Origin: Candidatus Omnitrophota bacterium
Lineage (GTDB): Bacteria > Omnitrophota > Gorgyraeia > 1-14-0-20-64-10
NCBI GenBank assembly: GCA_016177405.1
Contig: JACOVG010000013.1
Location: forward strand, 1,858 to 65,857
DNA: 64,000 nucleotides
Direction: 5' to 3'
Position 1 is the first letter of the stretch, and the number at the start of each line of letters is the position of its first letter. A program made the translations under genes and the position numbers. A model generated the notes under the pieces. That model did not search any database and was not told where the DNA came from. It was given only the letters and a program-made list of their open reading frames with translations. Of the stretch, positions 19,892 through 29,586 are shown in pieces.

Positions 19892-20293
19892 ATGAGCCTG
19901 AACGATCCGTTGTCCGATCTGCTGGTTTCGGTGCAGAACGCGAGCTTGGCCGGCAAGCCCCACGTGGAGGTGCCGGCTTCGCGGCTGGGCCTTGCCGTGG
20001 TGGAGGTTCTCAAGTCCAACGGCTTTATTCAGAATTGGCGGAAGATCACGGAGGGCAGCCCCCAGGGCAGGATCCGCGTGTATCTGAAATACACGAAGGA
20101 CCGGAAGCCGATCCTCCGGAAGGTCCGGCGGGTTTCGAGACCGGGCTTAAGAATCTATGTGCCCAAGAACAAGGTTCCGAGGGTTTTTTCAGGGATCGGC
20201 ATCGCCATTGTCTCCACCCCCCAGGGGGTCTTTTCCGGCCAGGAGGCCAAGGCCCGAGGGGTGGGTGGAGAGCTGCTGTGCAAGGTTTGGTGA
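19892..20293 (+). CDS. rpsH: 30S ribosomal protein S8
   Basis: DPLSDLL, SRPGLRIY, STPQG, GGELLCKVW. Confidence 0.98.
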   Translation: MSLNDPLSDLLVSVQNASLAGKPHVEVPASRLGLAVVEVLKSNGFIQNWRKITEGSPQGRIRVYLKYTKDRKPILRKVRRVSRPGLRIYVPKNKVPRVFSGIGIAIVSTPQGVFSGQEAKARGVGGELLCKVW

Positions 20294-20297
20294 TCCC

Positions 20298-20834
20298 ATG
20301 TCGCGGGTAGGCAAGAAGCCGATCACGATTCCCTCCCAAGTGAAGGTGACACTGGCGCCGGGCCTGGTGAGCGCCGAGGGGCCCAAGGGGAAGCTCTCCC
20401 ATCGGCTGTGCGCCGGGGTCCAGGTCCAGCAGGAGGGGGCCGTGCTGAAGGTGGAGGCCCAGGCGGAGGACCGGTTCACCCGGGCCCAGCACGGTTTGAC
20501 CAGAACCCTGATCCACAACATGGTCGAGGGGGTCCATCAAGGTTTTTCCAAAGAGCTGGAGATTCAAGGGGTGGGTTTCAAGGCGCAGGCCTCGGCCGGA
20601 AAGCTGGAGCTTTCCTTGGGGTTCACCCATCCGGTGATTTTCCCCATTCCGGCGAGCATCACCATCGAGACGCCCAAGCCGACGGTGGTGGTGATCAAGG
20701 GCCCGGACAAGGCCCTGGTGGGCCAGGTGGCCGCGCGGATCAGGGATTTCTTCCCCCCGGAGCCTTACAAGGGCAAGGGGATCCGGTACGCGGGTGAAGT
20801 GGTTCGGCGCAAGGCCGGCAAGGCGGTGGCTTAG
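20298..20834 (+). CDS. rplF: 50S ribosomal protein L6
   Basis: ATG 20298 MSRVGKKP; PPEPYKGKGIRY. Confidence 0.98.
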   Translation: MSRVGKKPITIPSQVKVTLAPGLVSAEGPKGKLSHRLCAGVQVQQEGAVLKVEAQAEDRFTRAQHGLTRTLIHNMVEGVHQGFSKELEIQGVGFKAQASAGKLELSLGFTHPVIFPIPASITIETPKPTVVVIKGPDKALVGQVAARIRDFFPPEPYKGKGIRYAGEVVRRKAGKAVA

Positions 20835-20837
20835 CCC

Positions 20838-21215
20838 ATGAAGCGGTCACGGGTCAAGTCGGTCAAAGAAGAGGGGCGCTTGCGGCGGCACCGCCGATTG
20901 CGCAAGAAGGTGGTGGGAACCCCGGAGCGCCCGAGGCTTGTCGTCCACCGCAGTCATCTGCATCTGGAGGCCCAGGTGGTGGACGATTTGAACCAAAAAA
21001 CCTTGCTCGGCTGTTCCACCCGAGGCAAGGAGTTCCTGAAGAAGTCCAAGAGCGGCAGCACGACCGCCGCCGCAAAGCTTCTGGGGGAACAGGTGGGCCA
21101 GGCGGCCCAGAAGGCCGGAATTCAACAGGTGGTCTTTGACAAGGGCGGGCTTCTTTTTCATGGCCGGGTGAAGGCCTTGGCGGAAGCGGCCCGCGCACAA
21201 GGGTTGGTATTCTAA
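20838..21215 (+). CDS. rplR: 50S ribosomal protein L18
   Basis: GTPERPRLVV, VVFDKGG, HGRVKALA. Confidence 0.98.
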   Translation: MKRSRVKSVKEEGRLRRHRRLRKKVVGTPERPRLVVHRSHLHLEAQVVDDLNQKTLLGCSTRGKEFLKKSKSGSTTAAAKLLGEQVGQAAQKAGIQQVVFDKGGLLFHGRVKALAEAARAQGLVF

Positions 21216-21224
21216 GGGGCTCTG

Positions 21225-21746
21225 ATGGCTGAAAAGAGATGGGGTTCCCAGGACTCGGCTTCCAATCTGATTGAGAAGGTGATCGCCATCAACCGGGTGG
21301 CCAAGGTGACCAAGGGAGGCAAGCGCCTCTCCTTCAGCGCGCTGGTCGTTGTGGGCGACGGCGCCGGTCAAGTGGGCTGGGCCTTGGGCAAGGCCAACGA
21401 GGTGGCCGATGCCATTCGCAAGGGGCTGACCATGGCGCGCAAGCTGATGTTTCGGGTTCGGCTTCAAGGGACCACCCTCCCCCACGAGACGATCGGCGAA
21501 TACTCGGCCAGCCGCATTCTTCTTAAGCCGGCGGCCCCGGGCACCGGGGTCATCGCGGGAGGAACCGTCCGATCCGTTTGCGATGCGGCCGGAATCCGGG
21601 ACATCCTGACCAAGTCGCTGGGCTCGGACAACGTGATCAACGTGGTTCGGGCGACCGTGGAGGGGTTGAGGTCCCTGGAGAGCCCCAAGGAAATGGAAGC
21701 CCTTCGCCAAGATTCCGGCGGCGAGACCGCGGGAGGGGCGGAGTGA
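21225..21746 (+). CDS. rpsE: 30S ribosomal protein S5
   Basis: [23 protein letters not shown]. Confidence 0.98.
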   Translation: MAEKRWGSQDSASNLIEKVIAINRVAKVTKGGKRLSFSALVVVGDGAGQVGWALGKANEVADAIRKGLTMARKLMFRVRLQGTTLPHETIGEYSASRILLKPAAPGTGVIAGGTVRSVCDAAGIRDILTKSLGSDNVINVVRATVEGLRSLESPKEMEALRQDSGGETAGGAE

Positions 21747-22219
21747 AACTCGGAGAACTTTCACCGCCCAAGGGAGCGGTTCGGCGCCCCAAGCGCCTCG
21801 GCTTTGGAGAATCCTCGGGCCACGGCAAGACCTCCGGCAAGGGGCACAAGGGGCAGAAGGCCCGGTCGGGTCCCGGATTGCGGCCGGAGTTCGAGGGGGG
21901 TCAGATGCCCCTCGTTCGGAGGGTTCCCAAGCGCGGCTTCAAGCCGTTTCGCAAGCACGAGGTGAAAAGGGCGATTCTGAACGTGGGCCAGCTCGACCGC
22001 TTTTCCGAAGGGACCCGGGTGGATCTTGAGCTTCTGGCGAAGGAGGGATTGATTCCTTCGACGAGGGTCCGCGTGAAGGTCCTGGGCGAGGGGGAGCTGG
22101 CCAAGCCCCTGACGGTCTGCGCCCATGCCTTTTCCGGCTCGGCCCGTGAGAAGATTGAGCGCGCCGGCGGCAAGGCCGAGGCGGCGGTCGACGCTCCCAA
22201 GAAGCAGGGCACCGCTTAA
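21743..22219 (+). CDS. rplO: 50S ribosomal protein L15
   Basis: GTG 21743; [27 protein letters not shown]. Confidence 0.97.
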   Translation: MKLGELSPPKGAVRRPKRLGFGESSGHGKTSGKGHKGQKARSGPGLRPEFEGGQMPLVRRVPKRGFKPFRKHEVKRAILNVGQLDRFSEGTRVDLELLAKEGLIPSTRVRVKVLGEGELAKPLTVCAHAFSGSAREKIERAGGKAEAAVDAPKKQGTA

Positions 22220-22222
22220 GGG

Positions 22223-23572
22223 ATGCTGAAGGCCCTCGCCAACAGCTTTAAGATTCCGGAGCTTCGGGCCCGGATCGTGGTGACGCTGGCCCTCATCGCC
22301 GTTTACCGGACGGGGGATTTCATCCCTCTGCCCGGGATTGACGGGCAGGCGTTAAGGGAGTTCTTTGACAGGATCAGCCAGCAGATGGGAGGGACCCTCT
22401 TCACCGTGATGGACCTCTTCAGCGGTGGAGGCCTCTCCCAGATGACGATCTTCGCCTTGGGAATCATGCCGGCGATCTCGGCTTCCATCATCATGCAGCT
22501 TCTGATCGTGGTGATTCCGGGGCTCGAGCAGCTGGCCAAGGAGGGAGGAGAGGCCGGCCGGCGGAAGATCAACCAGTACTCCCGGTACCTGACGGTGGTT
22601 CTGGGAATCCTGCAGGCCCTCTTCATCTCCCTGTGGCTGGAGAATCCGGCCAGCTTCGACGGGGTGCAGATGGTGCAGGCTCCGGGGTGGGGCTTCCGGA
22701 TGCTCACCATCATCACGCTGGCCAGCGGCACGGCCTTCATCATGTGGCTGGGCGAGCAGATCACCGCCATGGGAGTCGGCAACGGGATGTCGATTCTCAT
22801 CACGGCGGGAATCCTCTCGCGGCTGCCCACGGCGGTTCACCAGATGTTCATCCTGGCCAGCCCCGGCTCGCCGGCGGCGCGGCAGATTCAACCGGCGACG
22901 CTGGTTCTCATGGCGGTGATGCTGGTGGGGGTGGTCCTGGCGGTCATCGCCATCACCCAGGGCCAGCGGCGCATCCCGGTGCAGTACGCCCGCCGGGTGG
23001 TGGGCCGGAAGGTGTACGGGGGTCAGGCCACCTACATCCCGATTCGGGTCAACCACGCCGGGGTGATGCCGATCATCTTCGCCCAGTCGATCATTCTGTT
23101 CCCGGCGACGGTGGCCGGCTTCACCGGGATCGCGGCGGTTCGCCAGGCGGCCGATTGGCTTTCCCGGGGGCATTGGCTTTACACCCTGATGTACTCGGGG
23201 CTCATTGTCTTCTTCGCTTATTTTTACACGGCGATCGCCTTTAATCCGGTGGATGTGGCCGACAACATGAAGAAGTTCGGCGGGTTCATTCCGGGGATCA
23301 GACCGGGCCGCCCGACGGCGGAGTTCTTTGACCGCCTGCTCACCCGGATCACCCTGCCGGGCGCGATGTTCCTGGCGCTGATCGCGGTCTTCCCGGACGC
23401 GGTCGGAAGGTGGCTGAAGATTCCGTATCTGGTGGCGAGCTTTTTCGGGGGGACGAGCCTGCTGATCATCGTGGGGGTCATGCTGGATACCCTGCGTCAG
23501 GTGGAGTCGTTCCTTCTCATGCGCAACTACGAGGGGTTCCTCACGCATGGCAAACTGCGTTCCCGCCGGTAA
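22223..23572 (+). CDS. secY: Preprotein translocase SecY
   Basis: IFALGIMP, WLGEQIT, GNGMS, FIPGIRPG, GGTSLLI. Confidence 0.99.
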   Translation: MLKALANSFKIPELRARIVVTLALIAVYRTGDFIPLPGIDGQALREFFDRISQQMGGTLFTVMDLFSGGGLSQMTIFALGIMPAISASIIMQLLIVVIPGLEQLAKEGGEAGRRKINQYSRYLTVVLGILQALFISLWLENPASFDGVQMVQAPGWGFRMLTIITLASGTAFIMWLGEQITAMGVGNGMSILITAGILSRLPTAVHQMFILASPGSPAARQIQPATLVLMAVMLVGVVLAVIAITQGQRRIPVQYARRVVGRKVYGGQATYIPIRVNHAGVMPIIFAQSIILFPATVAGFTGIAAVRQAADWLSRGHWLYTLMYSGLIVFFAYFYTAIAFNPVDVADNMKKFGGFIPGIRPGRPTAEFFDRLLTRITLPGAMFLALIAVFPDAVGRWLKIPYLVASFFGGTSLLIIVGVMLDTLRQVESFLLMRNYEGFLTHGKLRSRR

Positions 23573-23577
23573 GGGCC

Positions 23578-24246
23578 GTGCGGCTCGTTTTCCTAGGTCC
23601 GCCGGGGGCAGGCAAGGGAACGGTGGCCGGGCTGTTGTCGGCGAGGCAAGGGGTGATTCACATCGGAAGCGGTGATCTCTTGAGAGAGGCGGCTGCCCAG
23701 GGCGAACCGCTGGGCCGGAAGGCCCGGGGCTACATGGAAAAGGGAGCCCTGGTGCCCGATGAGCTGGTCACGGGGATGGTGCTGGGGTTTCTGGAGAAGC
23801 TGGAGGGGTCCCAGGGCTTCGTGCTGGATGGCTTTCCCCGGACGGCCCGTCAGGCCGAGGATCTGGACGAGGCGCTCGCGCGGTGGAACCATCGGCCCGT
23901 CCATTTGGCGGTGAACTTCACCGTCAGCCGCGAGAAGATCGTGGAGCGGCTTTCGGGCCGCCGGGTTTGCAGCCAGTGCGGAACGCCTTTTCATACGGCG
24001 ACCCTGCGTCCGAAGAAGGAAGGCGTGTGCGACCGCTGCGGCGGGGCCCTCGCGATCCGGCCGGACGATGAGAGTCAAACGGTCTTGAAGCGGTTGGATG
24101 TTTACGAGGAGACGGCGCGGCCCCTGCTGGATTTTTATGAGCGGCAGGGGAAACTGCGCTCTTTTCCCGTCGGGCGCGGACTGGAGGAGGAGTACGGCTC
24201 GCTGGTTGAGCTCCTTACGGCCGAGCGCCTTTTAAACCAAGGATGA
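23578..24246 (+). CDS. adk: Adenylate kinase (Zn-LID type)
   Basis: GTG 23578; GPPGAGKGT, LDGFPRT, CSQC..CDRC. Confidence 0.96.
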   Translation: MRLVFLGPPGAGKGTVAGLLSARQGVIHIGSGDLLREAAAQGEPLGRKARGYMEKGALVPDELVTGMVLGFLEKLEGSQGFVLDGFPRTARQAEDLDEALARWNHRPVHLAVNFTVSREKIVERLSGRRVCSQCGTPFHTATLRPKKEGVCDRCGGALAIRPDDESQTVLKRLDVYEETARPLLDFYERQGKLRSFPVGRGLEEEYGSLVELLTAERLLNQG

Positions 24247-25010
24247 TTGAGTTGAAGAGCCCCAGTCAAATTGTAACGATGCGCCGGGCGGGCCGAATCT
24301 TGGCCGAGGTGCTGGAGGCTTTGGTGCCGGCGGTCCGGCCCGGGGTCACGACGCAGGCGCTGGACGATTTGGCCCGCGAGGCGATGGTCCGCCGGGGAGG
24401 CCGGCCGGCCTTCCAAGGCTACCGGGGCTATCCCTCCAGCATCTGCACCTCGGTGAACGATGAGGTGGTGCACGGGATCCCCTCCCGTCGAAAGCTTTCG
24501 GAGGGGGACATCATCGGGATCGACGCGGGCGTTGTGCTGGAGGGTTATTACGCCGACAGCGCGGTGACCGTCGCCGTGGGGGACGTTCGTCCGCAGGTGC
24601 GGGAGCTGCTTCGAACAACGGAGGAGGCGCTTGCCGAGGGGATCGCACAGGCCCAGCCCGGAAAGCACTTGTCCGACATCTCCCACGCCATTCAGAAGAA
24701 GGCGGAGTCGCGCGGCTTTTCGGTGGTCAGGGATTTTGTCGGGCACGGCATTGGTTCGCAGCTGCACGAGGCGCCGCAGATCCCGAATTACGGAGCGCCC
24801 GGGAAGGGGCCCCTCTTGAAGGCCGGGATGTGCCTGGCCATCGAGCCGATGGTCAACGCGGGGCGCTGGCCCGTGAAGGTTCTGGAGGACGGCTGGACGG
24901 CGGTCACGCAGGATGGGAGCTGGTCGGCCCACTTTGAGCACACGGTGGCCGTCACCGAGTCGGGCCCGGAGATTCTGACGGAATGGCCAAAGAAGAATCC
25001 ATCCAAGTAG
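24243..25010 (+). CDS. map: Methionine aminopeptidase type I
   Basis: [31 protein letters not shown]. Confidence 0.98.
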   Translation: MIELKSPSQIVTMRRAGRILAEVLEALVPAVRPGVTTQALDDLAREAMVRRGGRPAFQGYRGYPSSICTSVNDEVVHGIPSRRKLSEGDIIGIDAGVVLEGYYADSAVTVAVGDVRPQVRELLRTTEEALAEGIAQAQPGKHLSDISHAIQKKAESRGFSVVRDFVGHGIGSQLHEAPQIPNYGAPGKGPLLKAGMCLAIEPMVNAGRWPVKVLEDGWTAVTQDGSWSAHFEHTVAVTESGPEILTEWPKKNPSK

Positions 25011-25204
25011 AGGGAAAGGTGGCGGAGGCTCTGCCCAACGCCATGTTCCGGGTGGAGCTGGAGAATGGCCACAAGGTGCTGGCGCATGTGGCGGGCAAGA
25101 TGCGGATGCACTTCATCCGCATCCTTCCGGGAGATAAGGTGACGGTGGAGCTTTCTCCTTACGATTTGACGCGGGGAAGGATCACCTTCCGCGCGAAGGT
25201 TTGA
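24983..25204 (+). CDS. infA: Translation initiation factor IF-1
   Basis: [23 protein letters not shown]. Confidence 0.98.
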   Translation: MAKEESIQVEGKVAEALPNAMFRVELENGHKVLAHVAGKMRMHFIRILPGDKVTVELSPYDLTRGRITFRAKV

Positions 25205-25226
25205 ATGAAAGGAGAGGTTGCTTAAG

Positions 25227-25340
25227 GTGAAGGTGAGAGCGTCGGTCAAGAGAATCTGCGAGCGTTGCCGCGTGGTGAAGAGAAAACGGGTGGTCCGGGT
25301 CATCTGCACCAATCCCCGGCACAAACAGAGGCAGGGTTAA
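25227..25340 (+). CDS. rpmJ: 50S ribosomal protein L36
   Basis: Not in the ORF track; hand translation from GTG 25227 gives [37 protein letters not shown]. Confidence 0.97.
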   Translation: MKVRASVKRICERCRVVKRKRVVRVICTNPRHKQRQG

Positions 25341-25343
25341 ACG

Positions 25344-25751
25344 ATGCCGCGTGTCATGGGCGTGGACATTCCCAAGGAGAAGAGAATCGACGTGGCGCTG
25401 GCCTATCTTTACGGGGTGGGGCGCAACCTCTCCGGCCGGATCCTCACGGAGGCGCGGGTCGATCCCGCCATTCGGGCCAAGGACTTGACCGAGGATCAGC
25501 TCACCCGGATCAATTCGGTGATCAGCCAGGGCTTCAAGGTGGAAGGCGACTTGAAAAGAGAGATTTCGTCGAACGTCAAGCGCCTGATTGACATCGGCTC
25601 TTACCGGGGAACCAGGCACCGGCGGGGTCTGCCCGTTCGCGGACAGCGCACCCACACCAATTCCCGGACCCGGAAGGGACCGCGCCGGATCGTCGGCGTC
25701 AGAAAGAAACCGGCTTCCGCCCCTGCCGGGGGCGCGGCCAAAACGGCATAA
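25344..25751 (+). CDS. rpsM: 30S ribosomal protein S13
   Basis: [28 protein letters not shown]. Confidence 0.98.
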   Translation: MPRVMGVDIPKEKRIDVALAYLYGVGRNLSGRILTEARVDPAIRAKDLTEDQLTRINSVISQGFKVEGDLKREISSNVKRLIDIGSYRGTRHRRGLPVRGQRTHTNSRTRKGPRRIVGVRKKPASAPAGGAAKTA

Positions 25752-25766
25752 GGAATCGTTCATCTC

Positions 25767-26150
25767 ATGGCTAATGAAACCCCAAAGAAGAAACTGAAGG
25801 TAGCGGTCACCGCCGGTGTCGCCCACATCCAGGCGACCTTCAACAACACGGTGATCAGCATCACCGACAAACAGGGCAACGTCCTGTGCTGGTCCTCGAC
25901 GGGTGTCGTGGGCTTCAGCGGTTCCAAGAAGGCCACTCCCTTCGCCGCCCAGGTGGCCGCGGAGGATGCCGCCAAAAAGGCCCTGGGATTGGGGGTCAAG
26001 GAGGTGGAGGTGCACGTCAAGGGGCCTGGTTCAGGGCGGGAGTCCGCCATTCGGGCCCTTCAAGCGGCGGGATTGACCATCACCCTGATACGGGACGTGA
26101 CCCCGGTGCCCCACAATGGGTGCCGGCCGCCCAAGCGCAGGAGGGTCTAG
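25767..26150 (+). CDS. rpsK: 30S ribosomal protein S11
   Basis: [33 protein letters not shown]. Confidence 0.99.
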   Translation: MANETPKKKLKVAVTAGVAHIQATFNNTVISITDKQGNVLCWSSTGVVGFSGSKKATPFAAQVAAEDAAKKALGLGVKEVEVHVKGPGSGRESAIRALQAAGLTITLIRDVTPVPHNGCRPPKRRRV

Positions 26151-26156
26151 AAGCCC

Positions 26157-26783
26157 ATGGCCCGCTATTCAGGTCCGGCCTGCCGCATCTGCCGCCGCCA
26201 GGGAATGAAGCTCTTCTTGAAGGGGACCAAGTGCGTCACCGACAAATGCCCCTTCAACCGCCGCGCGTTCGCGCCCGGACAGCATGGTTCCGCCCGGATC
26301 AAGCTCTCCGACTACGGGATTCAGCTGCGGGAGAAGCAAAAGGTCAAAAAGATGTACGGCCTGCTGGAGCGTCCCTTCCGGCACGTCTTTTCGACGGCCT
26401 CCCGCTCCACCGGCGTCACCGGAGAGAAGCTTCTTGAGCTTTTGGAGCGCCGGTTGGACAACGTGATCTACCGGCTCGGTTTCGCCTCCTCCAGGCCGCA
26501 GGCGCGCCAGATCGTCCGGCACGGCCATGTGCAGGTGGCCGGCCGGCGGGTGAACATCCCCTCCTTTGTGGTCAAGGCCGGTTTAAGCCTCAAGCTCACC
26601 GGCTCGGAGACCTTCCTGAAAAGAATCAAGGAGGTGAGAGAGCTGACCAAGGACCGGCCCCTGCCGCCCTGGCTTACCCGGGATCCCAACGAGCCTATGG
26701 CCACGGTGGCGGGAACGCCTTCCCGGGCGGATGTTCAGTTCCCGATTCAAGAGCAGCTGATCGTCGAGCTTTATTCAAAGTGA
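26157..26783 (+). CDS. rpsD: 30S ribosomal protein S4
   Basis: PGQHG, LERRLDNVIYRLG, IVELYSK. Confidence 0.98.
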   Translation: MARYSGPACRICRRQGMKLFLKGTKCVTDKCPFNRRAFAPGQHGSARIKLSDYGIQLREKQKVKKMYGLLERPFRHVFSTASRSTGVTGEKLLELLERRLDNVIYRLGFASSRPQARQIVRHGHVQVAGRRVNIPSFVVKAGLSLKLTGSETFLKRIKEVRELTKDRPLPPWLTRDPNEPMATVAGTPSRADVQFPIQEQLIVELYSK

Positions 26784-26812
26784 AATAACCGTAATCCTCA
26801 AGGAGGTAGCGA

Positions 26813-27811
26813 ATGGGAATTGCCTGGCGTGATTTTCAGATGCCCTCGAAGGTCGAGGTGGATGATCAGACGTACACCCCCACGTACGGGAAATTTGTGA
26901 TCGAGCCCTACGAGCGGGGCTACGGCATGACGGTGGGGAATTCCCTGCGCCGGGTGCTGCTTTCTTCGATCGAGGGGGCGGCCGTCACCTCCATCAAATT
27001 CGGGGGGGTCCTGCACGAGTTTTCGGCGATCCCCGGCGTGGAGGAGGATGTTTCGCAGATTGTCATGAACATCAAGAAGCTGATCCTCCGAACCCGGGCC
27101 CGAAGCCCCAAGACCCTGACCTTGAAGGCCGAGCACAAGGGTTCGGTCAAGGCCGGAGCGATCGAGGCCGATGAGACGGTGGAGATCTTGAATCCCGAGC
27201 TGCCCATCGCCACCCTCACCAAGCCCGCGAAGCTGCATCTGGAGATGGAGCTGGGGATCGGCCGGGGCTACGTGCCCGCCGAAAGGAACAAGAAGGAGGC
27301 GCAGGCCGTCGGGGTGATCCCCATCGACTCGATCTTCTCTCCGGTGCGCAGGGTGAATTTCCATGTGGAGAGCACCCGGGTGGGTCAGATGACCGATTAC
27401 GACCGGCTGATCCTGGAGATCTGGACGAACGGCTCCCTGAATCCCAAGGAGGCCCTCCTGACCGCGGCCCACATCCTTCAGCGCCACCTGGATGTCTTCT
27501 CGGCCTTTGGGGAGATCCCGGGTGAAGAGGGCGAGGTCGAGGAAGCGGCCCTGTCGCCCGACATCCTGGAGAAGCTGCGCCTTCCGGTGACCGAGCTGGA
27601 GCTTTCCGTCCGCTCGGCCAACTGCTTGAGGGAGGCGAAGATCAAAACGATGGCCGACCTCGTGCAAAGGAACGAACCCGAGATGCTGAAGTTCAGAAAC
27701 TTCGGCAAGAAGTCTCTGGCGGAGATTCAGGAGATCTTGAAGGGCATGGGGCTGACGCTGGGGATGAAGCTGGACAAGGGCATGCTGGATCAGATTTCCG
27801 TTTCTTCTTAA
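26813..27811 (+). CDS. rpoA: RNA polymerase subunit alpha
   Basis: EPYERGYGMTVGNSLRRVLLS, LSVRSANCL, RNFGKKS; SD AAGGAGG. Confidence 0.99.
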   Translation: MGIAWRDFQMPSKVEVDDQTYTPTYGKFVIEPYERGYGMTVGNSLRRVLLSSIEGAAVTSIKFGGVLHEFSAIPGVEEDVSQIVMNIKKLILRTRARSPKTLTLKAEHKGSVKAGAIEADETVEILNPELPIATLTKPAKLHLEMELGIGRGYVPAERNKKEAQAVGVIPIDSIFSPVRRVNFHVESTRVGQMTDYDRLILEIWTNGSLNPKEALLTAAHILQRHLDVFSAFGEIPGEEGEVEEAALSPDILEKLRLPVTELELSVRSANCLREAKIKTMADLVQRNEPEMLKFRNFGKKSLAEIQEILKGMGLTLGMKLDKGMLDQISVSS

Positions 27812-27837
27812 CCTTGAACCCCTAAGGGAGTTCTTTC

Positions 27838-28398
27838 ATGCCGCATTCGGTTTACACGAGAGATCTGGGGCGCTCCGTCAGCTGGCGCAAGGCCACGGTG
27901 CGGAGCTTGGCCCAAGCCCTGCTGACGCATGAGCGGATCACCACCACCTGGTCCCGCGCCAAGGCGGCGCAGCGGTTTGTTGAGCGCCTGATCAGCCTGG
28001 GCAAATCCGGCACCTTGGCCGACCGGAGGCGCGCCATCTCCCGCCTGGGCGATCCGTCGTTGGTCCGCCGGCTTTTTTCGGAAGTGGCGCCCCGTTTTAC
28101 CGCCAGATCCGGCGGCTATACGAGGATTCTCCGTTCCGGCATTCGCAACGGAGACGGGGCTTCCATGGCGGTGTTGGAGCTGGTGGTCGTTGCCCGCCCG
28201 GAGAAGAAGCTGGAGGCCCCCGCCAAGGTGAAGCCGCGCAAGGAAGAAGCGCCGGGGCCGGAGCCGGTCGAGCCCCCCAAGCCGAAACCCAAGCTGGAAA
28301 CCAAACCCAAGCCTGAAGCCAAGCCCAAGTCGGAGGGCAAACCCCGCGGATTTTTGGGCAACTTGCGAAAGTTCTTCAAGGGCCGAAGAGAGCCCTAA
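27838..28398 (+). CDS. rplQ: 50S ribosomal protein L17 with long Pro/Lys tail and terminal amphipathic helix
   Basis: HERITTT, R.GGYTRI, R.GDGA.MA motifs; follows rpoA. Confidence 0.96.
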   Translation: MPHSVYTRDLGRSVSWRKATVRSLAQALLTHERITTTWSRAKAAQRFVERLISLGKSGTLADRRRAISRLGDPSLVRRLFSEVAPRFTARSGGYTRILRSGIRNGDGASMAVLELVVVARPEKKLEAPAKVKPRKEEAPGPEPVEPPKPKPKLETKPKPEAKPKSEGKPRGFLGNLRKFFKGRREP

Positions 28399-28418
28399 AA
28401 CCTCAAGGAGGTTCCCTT

Positions 28419-29576
28419 TTGCTGGCCCAGCGGATGGAGAAGGTCCAGCCCTCGGCGACCCTCAAGATCACCGCCCTGGCGAGACAGCTCAAGGCCCAGG
28501 GGGCCCCGGTGGTGAATTGGGCCGCGGGGGAACCGGATTTTGACACCCCGGAACCGATCAAGCAGGCGGCCCTCGCGGCGATCCGGGAAGGCTTCACGAA
28601 ATACACCCCCACCACAGGCATCCCGGAACTGAAAGAGGCCATCGCCCGCCGGCTGAAGGAGGATCGCGGGCTCATTTACGAGCCCGCCCAGATCGCCGTC
28701 ACCTGCGGGGCCAAGCACGCGCTGTACAACCTCCTGCAGGTTCTGGTCGATCCGGGCCAGGAGGTTCTCATCCCTTCTCCGTATTGGGTGAGCTATCCGG
28801 AGATGGTTCGTCTGGCCGGCGGCGTGCCCGTGGAGGTTAGAACCAGCCCACAAAACGGCTTCCAGATCCAAGCTCGGGAGCTTGAGCCCCTGATCACGGC
28901 CCAAACCGCGGGCCTCATCCTCAACAGCCCCTGTAACCCCACCGGAACGGTCTTAAGCCGCGCCACCTTGAGCGCCGTGGCCTGCCTGATGCGGGAGCGG
29001 GGGAAATGGATCATCTCCGATGAAATCTACAGCGCCTTGACGTTCGACGGCGCCTTCACCTCGGTCCCGAGCTTGGGTGCCGACGTCTACGCGAAGACCT
29101 TTCTGGTGGATGGGGTTTCCAAGGCGTACGCCATGACGGGATGGAGGATCGGCTTCATGGCCGGGTCGGCCGAGGTGGTGGAGGCGGCCGGCCGGCTTCA
29201 GGATCACTCCACCTCCAACCCCTCTTCCATCAGCCAGCGGGCGGCGCTGGCCGCGCTCACCCAGGATCAGGATTTTGTCCGGCAGATGGCGCGGGAATTC
29301 GCCGCCCGCCGTGATCGCTTGGTCGAGGGACTCAAGAAGATCCCCCGGCTTTCTTGGGTCAAGCCCTCGGGGGCCTTCTACTGTTTTGTGGATGTCTCTC
29401 AAACGGGGCTCGCCTCGAACGCCTTTTGCGAAAGGCTCCTCAAAGAGGTTCATGTGGCGGCCATACCCGGAGAGAGTTTTGGTTGGGATACCCATGTGCG
29501 GTTAAGCTTCGCGGCCTCCCAGGCTCAAATTGAGGAAGGGTTGGCGAGGCTGGATCGATTCGTTCGTTCCCTTTAG
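28419..29576 (+). CDS. aspC: PLP-dependent aspartate aminotransferase family (class I/II)
   Basis: GEPDFDTP, NSPCNPTG, SDEIY, SKAYAMTGWRIG; TTG start after SD AAGGAGG. Confidence 0.88.
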   Translation: MLAQRMEKVQPSATLKITALARQLKAQGAPVVNWAAGEPDFDTPEPIKQAALAAIREGFTKYTPTTGIPELKEAIARRLKEDRGLIYEPAQIAVTCGAKHALYNLLQVLVDPGQEVLIPSPYWVSYPEMVRLAGGVPVEVRTSPQNGFQIQARELEPLITAQTAGLILNSPCNPTGTVLSRATLSAVACLMRERGKWIISDEIYSALTFDGAFTSVPSLGADVYAKTFLVDGVSKAYAMTGWRIGFMAGSAEVVEAAGRLQDHSTSNPSSISQRAALAALTQDQDFVRQMAREFAARRDRLVEGLKKIPRLSWVKPSGAFYCFVDVSQTGLASNAFCERLLKEVHVAAIPGESFGWDTHVRLSFAASQAQIEEGLARLDRFVRSL

Positions 29577-29586
29577 GAGAGGAAGG

